DNA of 64,000 nt from Bacteroidales bacterium. Lineage in GTDB: Bacteria > Bacteroidota > Bacteroidia > Bacteroidales > GCA-2748055. The notes under the pieces are model-generated. The model had not been told where the DNA came from and made no database searches. It worked only from the letters and a program-made list of their open reading frames with translations. Positions 56,546 to 64,000 of this stretch are shown here, piece after piece. The stretch is taken from contig JAXGMU010000002.1 in the NCBI GenBank assembly GCA_040768485.1, positions 40,285-104,284 of the forward strand. Direction: 5' to 3'. The position numbers and the translations under genes were made by a program. The first letter of the stretch is position 1. Each line of letters starts with the position of its first letter.

Positions 56546-57757
56546 TTAAAAGTCCAGTTCCATGATTTCCTCCGGGGAAGAGATCGCTGACAGGACCACC
56601 TGTTCCCCTTCCCGGAGTCCTTCCACAATTTCCACATATTCTTCAGTTTTCAGTCCGGTTTTTATCTGCCGCAATTCCGCCTTCCCGTTTCTCAGCACAT
56701 AGACCGAATGGTCATTCCCCCGTCCGATGACCGGACCGTTGGGGATCCTCAGAACACTGTCCCTTTCAGCTTTCACGATTTCCAGGTCCACGTTCAGGTT
56801 CGGCCTCAGTTTGTAGTGGTTGCTCTCCCGGAGGTGGACGTCAAACTCGATCATCCGGTCCCGGATCACCGGGCTCACGGTACCCACTACCCCGGGAAGC
56901 TTGTCGGTATCGATGTTCACATATACCCGGGTCCCCGTTTTCACATCCTCGGAAAAATCATCCTCCACGGTTCCATGCACCTTAAAATTCGTCAGATCGG
57001 ACATCTCCACGAGAAGCCGGTCCGAGTTCACTTTCTCGCCCACTTTTCCCCTGATGGATAATATGATCCCGGCAGAGGGAGCCCGAATGATCATTTTGCT
57101 TAAAGCTTCTTCCCTGGCTGCCAGTTCCTTCTCCTGCATTTCGATCTGAAGGCGGAGTCCCTGCTCGTCTGCTTCCAGCTGCTGCAGTCTGATGGAATTC
57201 TTCTCTTTCAGCATGATCAGGTCCTTTTCGGCCAGTTCCAGTTCCTGTTTGGTCTTCTCGAAGCGGGCAGGAGAGATCCCCCCTACTTCGAGCAGCTGTT
57301 CCTGGTCGGCCAGCTCGGATTTAAGCGAAGCGATCGCCAGGTTCTTCACCTGCACGTTGTAATCCAGGTCAACCTTGACGCTCCTGGCGTTCAGCTGGTT
57401 TTTGTGCAGCGCGTTCTGCTTGACCTCCAACTGGTCCCGGATATTGTCTATCTCGTTCTGGATGGGGGTCGGGTCCAGGATGATGATCGGCTCGCCGGCA
57501 TCCACGTGACTTCCCACCTCCTTCAGGATCTCCTTGATGATGCTCGATGCAGGGCTGAGGATAATCACCTCGCTCTGGGGTTCCACCACTCCCTGACCGG
57601 GGAAGGACCTGATGACCCGCCCGATCTCCGCTTCCCCGATCCGCACCTCCTCGTTCTGTGATGATTTGGAGGCAAAGGGGACAAAAACGATCACCACAAC
57701 GGCAGCCAGCAGCAACAGCGGTATGCCGATGTACATCCCTTTACGAAAACCTGTCAT
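56546..57757 (-). CDS. membrane fusion protein / periplasmic adaptor (HlyD-MacA type), copy 2
   Basis: N-terminal TM anchor, lipoyl-like hairpin halves (VEPQSEVIILSP...AGEPIIILD ... IIRAPSAGII), a long coiled coil, and beta-barrel and membrane-proximal domains. The tracked TTG start at 57778 is possible. Confidence 0.85.
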   Translation of the reverse strand: MTGFRKGMYIGIPLLLLAAVVVIVFVPFASKSSQNEEVRIGEAEIGRVIRSFPGQGVVEPQSEVIILSPASSIIKEILKEVGSHVDAGEPIIILDPTPIQNEIDNIRDQLEVKQNALHKNQLNARSVKVDLDYNVQVKNLAIASLKSELADQEQLLEVGGISPARFEKTKQELELAEKDLIMLKEKNSIRLQQLEADEQGLRLQIEMQEKELAAREEALSKMIIRAPSAGIILSIRGKVGEKVNSDRLLVEMSDLTNFKVHGTVEDDFSEDVKTGTRVYVNIDTDKLPGVVGTVSPVIRDRMIEFDVHLRESNHYKLRPNLNVDLEIVKAERDSVLRIPNGPVIGRGNDHSVYVLRNGKAELRQIKTGLKTEEYVEIVEGLREGEQVVLSAISSPEEIMELDF

Positions 57758-57833
57758 GTCTGTTCTGGTATTTTTCAATCTGCTTCATTGCAAAACTTCT
57801 GTGAAACTGATCACGCTAAAATAGTAAACAAAT

Positions 57834-60524
57834 TTAAGACATTCTTCTGCGGTTCGGAACGAAAAGCAGAAAACCCGGGATGATCAGTCCCCCGCCCACA
57901 AATACGATCCACCAGGGCAGAAGCGGCGGGATTCCCAGGTGGGTGGTGATCCCCAGGATCTTGGACAAACCGCCGGGAAGGACAAGCAACTCGTTGTTCA
58001 AGGCCGTCAGGCTTTCCTCCAGTCCGAATATGAACAGGAGCGATCCCGCAATCAGCAACTGGAGCCCCAGTGCCATCAGGACCATTCCCGCAGAAGCCGA
58101 CCCGTTCCTCCGCATCCATCTCCGCCCTGCGATCACATATATCTGGAATTTCCTGAACAGCAGCATCACAAAAAGGGAGAGGAAAAGCATCCTGAAGAGA
58201 TCCGAAACCCAGAAGAGGTACCAGAACACCTGCGGTCCCCTGACAGCCACCACCCCCGTGACCAGCATCATGACCAGGATCTTCGGGGCCATCACTGAAA
58301 CCAGTATCTTCGGAAAGTTCCTCCCCGAGCCGAACACAAGCGACAGCACAACGGCAACCAGCAATCCCAGGCCGCCGATACACAGGGGAAAAAGCAGTGA
58401 AGCAAACGAGGAGAAAGACACCACCGCCAGCAGGTAAAGCAGGAGCAATATCAATGCCACCTGGCCGGTACCGTGGTAGGCGGTCAGGTCGCTGATGGAA
58501 CGCGGGCGGAACAGGGCATCGAAAAAGAGGGTGGCGGCAAACTTCCGGTGCCCCCTGTCCCTGATGAAACGCGGGATCCCCATGATCAGGAGGAACAGCG
58601 CAACGGCCAGGAATATCCTGGCACCGGCAACTGAGAGAGGGGTTCTCCCGGCAATCTTCATTCCGGTATCAACCTCTTCGAAGTCCATCCCCAGGGTATT
58701 CAGATCCCCGGCATATTTCTCCCGGTGAAAGGACCTGACTGCGCTGAACTGTCCCATGGCCAGTTTGTAAGCAGTCTCCGCTTGCGGATCTCCCTTTTCG
58801 ATCCACCGGTAATAATTCATGAAAAACTGCCTGTAATAGGCCAGCAGGCGGAGCAGTTCGATCTCATATTCGGCAGCCCCGATCAGTTGCTCGTATTCAT
58901 TGCGGTGGCCGGACACCCGATCCTTCGCCTCCAGCAGGAGATCTTTCATGACCACCGCCTCCCTCACCGCCCGGAAACCCTCGTCGATCACCTCCCCCAT
59001 TTGGTCACGGGTGATGAAGTAGATGTTGCTGAAGACGGCGCTGGAAGCACCCAGGATATCCCACTCGAAGATCCAGAGCATGGGAGGGGGCTCAAGCCCC
59101 AGCGCCCGCACATCGTACCTTGCAAAATCACTGATATAAAGACCCCTGCTTATAATTCCGGGGGACATGCGGAATGCTTCCGTCAGATTGGCCACCAGGA
59201 GGGGATCATCTCCGAAATAATCCCTGATCCACCTGATCGCAATGGTGTCCGCATGCTCGTAAGGATCCAGGAGCAGCTGTCCCGTGGCATAGGCATTGAT
59301 TTCATTGATCACATTGAAACCGTAAAACGGATAGATGATCATGGGGCCGGCCCTCAGCGGACCTCCGTATTGTGTCCATACCCAGGCACCTTCCATGCGG
59401 GGATTCTTTTCCACGAACGTCTGAATGGCTTTCTGATGCACGGGCGCCATGTAGTTGGGCAGCGAACCGAATCCCTCGAATTCCCGTTTTACCTGGAATT
59501 CTGCGATCCGGCGGTGTTCCCCCTGCAGCAGTGTGGGATTCAGCTCAAGCCAGCTGTAGAAATCCCCGGCGCAGTACTTGGTGGAAACCACCAGACGGTC
59601 GGATTGTACCTCCCCCAGGACGCGTTTGTATGTTTCGGGATTCGTATGCATATCCCCGATCTCACCCACTCCCACCGACCAGGTGCGGAAGATGATGTTC
59701 CTGTCATATTTTTCGGCAGCAGCCAGGAAGGCCTCCAGCATCAACCGGACCGCTTCGCCGGTCCTCACGCTGAGCTCACTTGTGTAATCCCAGCCCTGCG
59801 TGTTATAGATGGAGCCGGCCTCTCCGATGCGGAGGATGATCCCTTCGAGGTGGGGGAATTTTTCAAAAACCTCCTCCGCGGCCTTCCCGTAGACCTGCCA
59901 GAACGCCGGGTTTTCCGTATCCACCGGGCCGAATGTGCGGTTGAAATACTCCGACAGGGGCGGGGTCAGTGCCACCATATCGGTCCACAGGTAGCTTTTC
60001 ATTCCGTGGTCCGCCGCCGCCTGCATCAATTCGGCAAAGCGCCTGCTCAGCGTATCATGCCGGTCCCTGTAAACACTTTTCGTTCCGTATACCTGCCTTC
60101 CGTTGTCCACCAGGTCAAAATTGACACATTCGAGGAACCATGGCATGGCGACGGCATTGTATCCGTACGCGCCCATCTGCGCGGTGAAGCGATCGAACTT
60201 TTCATACTCCTGCCTGAATTGGGAAGTATCCGTGAAGGGGGGTGCCACCTGCCATACCTTTTCGAAGAAACGCTGGTGATGCGAGTAATCGGCTCCCCAC
60301 CCTGCCGTATCGGGAACAATTCCCACCCCTCCCATGTCCACGATCCGCAGCGGCAGCAGGAGGGAGTCTGCGCCGGGCATGGAGGTCACCTGCCCGGGAT
60401 CGGGCAGGTTCTTTTCCCGGTAGCTGATCCCCAGGACACCGGCGACCTGCTTTGCCGCAAAATACCCTGCGGCGAGACCCGCCCCCAGGATGAACAATGT
60501 CCCCAGAAAATTTCTCGCGGTCAC
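57834..60524 (-). CDS. 896-aa fusion: N-terminal signal anchor, GH67-like (beta/alpha)8 glycosidase-like domain, C-terminal 7-TM domain
   Basis: GTG start overlapping the upstream stop (GTGA). Successive motifs EGIILRIGEAG, IIFRTWSVG, VVSTKYCAGDF, AEFQVKREFEGFG, GAWVWTQYGG and IRWIRDYFGDD parallel the GH67 alpha-glucuronidase catalytic-domain motifs as recalled. Residues about 630-890 form roughly 7 hydrophobic helices. No Walker A. Confidence 0.7.
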   Translation of the reverse strand: MTARNFLGTLFILGAGLAAGYFAAKQVAGVLGISYREKNLPDPGQVTSMPGADSLLLPLRIVDMGGVGIVPDTAGWGADYSHHQRFFEKVWQVAPPFTDTSQFRQEYEKFDRFTAQMGAYGYNAVAMPWFLECVNFDLVDNGRQVYGTKSVYRDRHDTLSRRFAELMQAAADHGMKSYLWTDMVALTPPLSEYFNRTFGPVDTENPAFWQVYGKAAEEVFEKFPHLEGIILRIGEAGSIYNTQGWDYTSELSVRTGEAVRLMLEAFLAAAEKYDRNIIFRTWSVGVGEIGDMHTNPETYKRVLGEVQSDRLVVSTKYCAGDFYSWLELNPTLLQGEHRRIAEFQVKREFEGFGSLPNYMAPVHQKAIQTFVEKNPRMEGAWVWTQYGGPLRAGPMIIYPFYGFNVINEINAYATGQLLLDPYEHADTIAIRWIRDYFGDDPLLVANLTEAFRMSPGIISRGLYISDFARYDVRALGLEPPPMLWIFEWDILGASSAVFSNIYFITRDQMGEVIDEGFRAVREAVVMKDLLLEAKDRVSGHRNEYEQLIGAAEYEIELLRLLAYYRQFFMNYYRWIEKGDPQAETAYKLAMGQFSAVRSFHREKYAGDLNTLGMDFEEVDTGMKIAGRTPLSVAGARIFLAVALFLLIMGIPRFIRDRGHRKFAATLFFDALFRPRSISDLTAYHGTGQVALILLLLYLLAVVSFSSFASLLFPLCIGGLGLLVAVVLSLVFGSGRNFPKILVSVMAPKILVMMLVTGVVAVRGPQVFWYLFWVSDLFRMLFLSLFVMLLFRKFQIYVIAGRRWMRRNGSASAGMVLMALGLQLLIAGSLLFIFGLEESLTALNNELLVLPGGLSKILGITTHLGIPPLLPWWIVFVGGGLIIPGFLLFVPNRRRMS

Positions 60525-61831
60525 ATTTCCACCTGTTTCGTAATGGCTGATTTAATTGGATTCAGCACACGCTGAAGCATGCGCAGCTTATCGGTCAGGA
60601 TCTCGGCCTGACCCTGCATGTTCTGACTGAAAGGGATATCGATTTCGTAGAAGGTTCGCAGTCCCCTGGGAAGCTCCACTTCCACGGTGTAAAAATCGTC
60701 ATCGGGCACTTTTGAGATATTGCTTACATATCCCTTCACCATGCCGTATTCCAGGTGCGGGAAATTATCGAACTGGATATTCACCTGGTGCCCCACACGG
60801 ACCTTGCCCGCCCCTTCCACGGGCAGGCGGATCTTTCCCACCATGGAACCCGCTTCAGCGGGGATGATGGTGAGCACCTTATCCCCGGCCTTCACATTCT
60901 GGTTCTCGCTCCAGAAACGGGTAAAGGTCACCACCCCGCTGACCGGCGCTTTCAGCAAATAGTTCTGCTCCCAGGATGCGATGGAAGCTTTCAGGTTATT
61001 GAATGATTCCTCGAGTGTGTTCACGGTCTGTGACATCTGGTCGCGCTGTTGCAGTTCCAGATCCACGATCTGCTGCTCTGTCTGCGCGATGCTGATGTTG
61101 TTCTCCGCCATCAGGCTCACGATCTCCTGCCACTGGTTGCGCTCCTGCAGCATGGCGGAACGGGATTTTTCCAGGTCGGACTGGGACAGCACACCCTGTT
61201 CGTAGAGGGTGGCATCACGGTTGAACTGTCTCAGCGCCAGATTATAGGCTTCTTCCTGGATCCGGGCCCTCTCGGTAAGGCTCCTGGTGTAGGCCTGTTT
61301 CTTGTCCAGCTCGGATCGAAGCAACTCGATCCTACGCTGGTGGTAATCGATGCGTTTGAACTCCAGGTAATCCCGGTACGCCTTGAGAAAGATGGAGTAG
61401 TCCGACTGGATGGTCCCCAGCCTGGCATTTTTCAGCTCCGGCACTTCCCCGGTCACCTGCTCCACGGGAACACTGTCCAGGAACGCCAGTCCCTTTTTCA
61501 GCTGCATCACATCTTCGAATGCGGCCGGGTTTTCGATCATGGCCAGCACCGTCCCGGCGGATACCAGGTCGTTGTCGCTTATGAACAATTTTGTGATCTT
61601 CCCGTTGCTGCGGGCTTCAAGATCTGCAGGAGGATTGACGGAGGTGACCACGATGCTGGCCCGTTTGATGTCCGGATACCGGAAGATCCAGCTTCCGAAA
61701 ATGAGCAGGGCGAGCAGGAACAGGAAAAGAATGATCCCGTTGCGTGTCAGCCAGCCGGGAACCCTGCCGAGCATGTCCTCGATTTCCTGTGGCTGAAGCT
61801 CCACTTTTCCGGATGACCTTTCTGATGGCAT
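60521..61831 (-). CDS. HlyD-family secretion adaptor (type usually paired with peptide-exporting ABC transporters), copy 1
   Basis: Cytoplasmic N-terminus, one TM helix (GIILFLFLLALLIFGSWIF), lipoyl halves (ARSNGKITKLFISDNDLVSAGTVLAMIE ... LKAPVSGVV), and a coiled coil of about 150 aa. Confidence 0.85.
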   Translation of the reverse strand: MPSERSSGKVELQPQEIEDMLGRVPGWLTRNGIILFLFLLALLIFGSWIFRYPDIKRASIVVTSVNPPADLEARSNGKITKLFISDNDLVSAGTVLAMIENPAAFEDVMQLKKGLAFLDSVPVEQVTGEVPELKNARLGTIQSDYSIFLKAYRDYLEFKRIDYHQRRIELLRSELDKKQAYTRSLTERARIQEEAYNLALRQFNRDATLYEQGVLSQSDLEKSRSAMLQERNQWQEIVSLMAENNISIAQTEQQIVDLELQQRDQMSQTVNTLEESFNNLKASIASWEQNYLLKAPVSGVVTFTRFWSENQNVKAGDKVLTIIPAEAGSMVGKIRLPVEGAGKVRVGHQVNIQFDNFPHLEYGMVKGYVSNISKVPDDDFYTVEVELPRGLRTFYEIDIPFSQNMQGQAEILTDKLRMLQRVLNPIKSAITKQVEM

Positions 61832-61970
61832 GGCTTTGTGTATTAATTAAGGCTAAGATAACCCATCCATCTCAAAAAGTAAATGATCCCCGCGGGAGAT
61901 TGTTCACAATCGGGCCGGAAGACCCTCGTTTCCTGCATGAAGGAATGCGATTCAATAGATGTGAGACCGT

Positions 61971-63458
61971 TCAGGGGCACGGCCGGAACCTCATGTTATC
62001 CACGAACAGGTCCTGGAAGGAAGGATCCGATTCCAGGTTCACATGGGAGGTCCGCTCCAGGATGGCATCCGTCAGGGAAAGCTCCGAGAAAAGGAACATT
62101 TTCGCACCCATCAAGGCCGTGTTCCCCAGTTTGCGAAACGCAACCGGGGTAAAACCCAGCATGCCCGTGGCCGTCACGGAATCCATGCTGAGATAGCTCC
62201 CGAAAGCGCCTGCGATATAAACGGTGGCAATGTCGCCGGGTCCGATGGAGAGTTTCTTCATCAGGATCTCCACACCGGTGGCAATGGCTGCCTTTGCCAG
62301 CTGGAATTCCTGGATGTCTTTTTGTGTCAGGACCACCGGCCCGGCCAGGGTCACCTGTTCCCCAGCTCCCGCCAGCTGGCCGTATTCATCCAGCCACCCC
62401 CGCCCGAGCAGGACCGCCACCGCATCGATCAGTCCGCTTCCGCAGATGCCCCGCGGGGATCCGTTCCCGATCACTTTGACGCTCCAGCCTGCCGGACCGG
62501 GCTCCACGGAGGAAATGGCACCCGTGGTGGCCAGCATGCCCATGGAGATCCTGGCTCCTTCGAAAGCGGGACCGGCGGCAGTGGATGCGCACAAAAGCTC
62601 CCTGCGGTTCCCCAGCACAATCTCTCCGTTGGTCCCCAGGTCAATGAGCAGGCTGTATTCCTCCCCCTCGCAGATCCCTGTGGCCTGAATGCCGGCCAGG
62701 ATGTCGCTACCCACGAAACTGCCGATGGAAGGATAAAAGACCACTTCCCGGGTCGATAGGTCCCATCCCAGTTCAACGGGCAGAAACCGTGCTGCTCCCA
62801 GAAGGGGCGATTCAAAGGGATAAAATGAAAGCGGCTTCAGATCAAATCCGCAGAAGAAGTGTTGCATGACCGTGTTCCCCACGAGAATGATCCTTTCAGG
62901 GTCCTCTTTTCTTCCCGCCGTCATCCGGCCGATCATTCCGCCGATCTTTTTCCGGATCATCCCCGTCATTTCTGGCGCGTTGCCGGAAAGGGCTGCTTCC
63001 AGCCTGGAAATCAAATCACTGCCGTACTTCTGCTGGGGATTGAGGCCCTTTTCCATGGCCAGGATCCGCCCCTGCTGCAGATCCAGCAGCTGGGCCACCA
63101 GGGTGGTCGTGCCCAGGTCCACCGCCACACCCACTCCCTTCCGCGGTACGAATTCAAACGGCGTCTCATCCGCCTGGATAAGGGTTTCGTACTGATCCAC
63201 CCCGATGACCATGTCAGTGTGACACAGGCTCAGGCAGGCCAGGCGCCATTCCCTGCCCAGTCCCAGTTCAGCCAGCCGCTTCCTGTGAAAGTCATCCGTG
63301 TCGATCGCTCCCCTGATCAGCCTGACCCTGCATTTGCCGCAGATCCCCTTCCCGCCGCAGGGGAACTCAACCCCGTATTCGTGGAGCGCATCTTTCAGCG
63401 GGGAACCCTTTCTGACCCGGATGGTCTTTCCCAGCGGTTCCAGCCCGATGGTCACCAT
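61971..63458 (-). CDS. RACo-type corrinoid activation protein (2Fe-2S ferredoxin domain + ASKHA/DUF4445 ATPase)
   Basis: N-terminal plant-type ferredoxin motif CGGKGICGKCRV...C. The C-terminal body has DLGTTT, DLGTNGE and AGAFG actin-fold phosphate motifs. The ATG at 63458 is preferred over the tracked TTG at 63464. Confidence 0.8.
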   Translation of the reverse strand: MVTIGLEPLGKTIRVRKGSPLKDALHEYGVEFPCGGKGICGKCRVRLIRGAIDTDDFHRKRLAELGLGREWRLACLSLCHTDMVIGVDQYETLIQADETPFEFVPRKGVGVAVDLGTTTLVAQLLDLQQGRILAMEKGLNPQQKYGSDLISRLEAALSGNAPEMTGMIRKKIGGMIGRMTAGRKEDPERIILVGNTVMQHFFCGFDLKPLSFYPFESPLLGAARFLPVELGWDLSTREVVFYPSIGSFVGSDILAGIQATGICEGEEYSLLIDLGTNGEIVLGNRRELLCASTAAGPAFEGARISMGMLATTGAISSVEPGPAGWSVKVIGNGSPRGICGSGLIDAVAVLLGRGWLDEYGQLAGAGEQVTLAGPVVLTQKDIQEFQLAKAAIATGVEILMKKLSIGPGDIATVYIAGAFGSYLSMDSVTATGMLGFTPVAFRKLGNTALMGAKMFLFSELSLTDAILERTSHVNLESDPSFQDLFVDNMRFRPCP

Positions 63459-63467
63459 TTCCAATCC

Positions 63468-64000
63468 CTAAGCAGCAAATTGTTTCAGGTATTCCACGGC
63501 CCCGCGCGGATTCGGGGAATAGAAATCCGCTCCTATTTTTTTGCAGAAATCCTCGTTAAGCGGGGCTCCTCCCACCAGCACGGTGGTGTCGGAATGGGCA
63601 GCCTTGATCTCCCTGACGATCTCCTCCATGTTGGTCATGGTGGTGGTCAGCAAAGCCGAAAGTCCTACCACCGCACCGGGATTTTCCGCGATGGTCCTGT
63701 TAAAGGTGTCTTCGTTGACGTCCACGCCCAGATCGATGATGGACCATCCGCCGCCTTCGACCATCATGGCCACCAGGTTCTTTCCGATGTCATGCAGGTC
63801 TCCCTTCACCGTGCCGATGATGAACGTGCCTTTGGTCTTCACATCACCGGACTGGAAATATGGTTTCAGATGAACCATCGCGGCTTTCATCGCTTTCGCA
63901 GCCATCAGCATCTGGGGAACGAAGATCTTGTTCTCGGAGAATTTCTGCCCCACCCGGTCCATGGCGGGCACGAGGGCTTCCGTGAGCAGGTCGGTGGGCT
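63468..64000 (-). CDS. corrinoid (cobalamin-binding) methyltransferase-system protein, 5'-truncated by the window edge
   Basis: B12-binding DxHxxG motif (GDLHDIGKN), SxL (GLSALLTTT) and GG (VLVGGAPL). The reading frame stays open upstream of the tracked GTG to position 64000 (…PTDLLTEALVPAMDRVG, a helical cap domain). Confidence 0.85.
   Translation of the reverse strand, partial: PTDLLTEALVPAMDRVGQKFSENKIFVPQMLMAAKAMKAAMVHLKPYFQSGDVKTKGTFIIGTVKGDLHDIGKNLVAMMVEGGGWSIIDLGVDVNEDTFNRTIAENPGAVVGLSALLTTTMTNMEEIVREIKAAHSDTTVLVGGAPLNEDFCKKIGADFYSPNPRGAVEYLKQFAA

Noticed and set aside
630-60575. Many long ORFs antisense to or out of frame with the called genes. Examples: 630-1136(-), 1606-2337(-), 4752-5675(-), 9213-10589(-), 15767-17203(-), 25254-26240(+), 27399-28328(+), 28875-29753(-), 36068-36859(-), 47536-48648(-), 49025-50185(-), 50013-51521(+), 52495-53631(+), 58725-60575(+).
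   Set aside because: They are shadow ORFs of a GC-rich, stop-poor sequence. Their translations are Pro/Arg/Gly/His-rich low-complexity strings without domain motifs, and each is fully covered by a gene with clear family signatures on the other strand or frame.
61843-61938. 31-codon minus-strand ORF (MQETRVFRPDCEQSPAGIIYFLRWMGYLSLN) in the 139-nt gap upstream of adaptor 1. Considered as a possible exported peptide precursor.
   Set aside because: It has no double-glycine leader, no recognisable promoter or translation signals, and nothing to support coding beyond being open. It could be revisited by ribosome profiling or conservation analysis.
1-64000. Scan for CRISPR arrays, tRNA/rRNA genes, integrases, transposases, toxin-antitoxin pairs or recognisable defence-system genes.
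   Set aside because: No regularly spaced direct repeats, no cloverleaf-like or rRNA-like segments in the short intergenic regions, and no ORF with recombinase, transposase or defence-associated motifs were found by eye.

Overview
Densely coding chromosomal segment, about 52 supported CDS, with no rRNA, tRNA, CRISPR array or recognisable transposon or integrase. It looks like an anaerobic Bacteroidota genome. Evidence for that: a short 286-aa sigma-A (RpoD), exact TAnnTTTG -7 boxes in front of many genes, CarboxypepD_reg/DUF5686 and DUF4861-type proteins, many lipoproteins, and no Shine-Dalgarno dependence. Content from left to right: (1) a sigma-54 response regulator, a cytoplasmic hybrid histidine kinase and an SLC12-like cation-chloride cotransporter. 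(2) Three envelope or coiled-coil proteins and a fused trehalose-6-P synthase/phosphatase. (3) Housekeeping genes: ferredoxin, pncB, a cyclase-HD fusion, an EEP nuclease/phosphatase, uvrB, rpoD, degP, dapF, a flavodoxin-like gene, gnd and pdxB. (4) A large hexuronate, unsaturated-uronate and xylose catabolic island. It contains a LarA-like protein, a UxuB-like SDR, LacI, UxaE, UxaC; LacI, KduI, a KdgF-like cupin, KduD, DUF4861; a PKD/beta-helix lipoprotein; Eda, TRAP DctPQM, XylB, XylA, a Gfo/Idh/MocA oxidoreductase, an atypical Nramp-fold transporter and two PfkB kinases. (5) A PlsB-like acyltransferase. (6) The most unusual locus: HlyD-type adaptor, then an 896-aa GH67-like domain fused to a 7-TM domain, then a second adaptor, then TolC, with no ABC, RND or MFS pump. 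(7) A RACo-type corrinoid activase and a truncated corrinoid (B12-binding) protein running off the right edge. Other points of interest are a 20-bp palindromic operator shared by two promoters, a class III cyclase domain lacking one metal-binding Asp, and an A/T-rich intergenic patch with an orphan homing-endonuclease-type DNA-binding module and a nested 77-nt hairpin. All family assignments rest on motif recognition in the supplied translations. No database search was possible.
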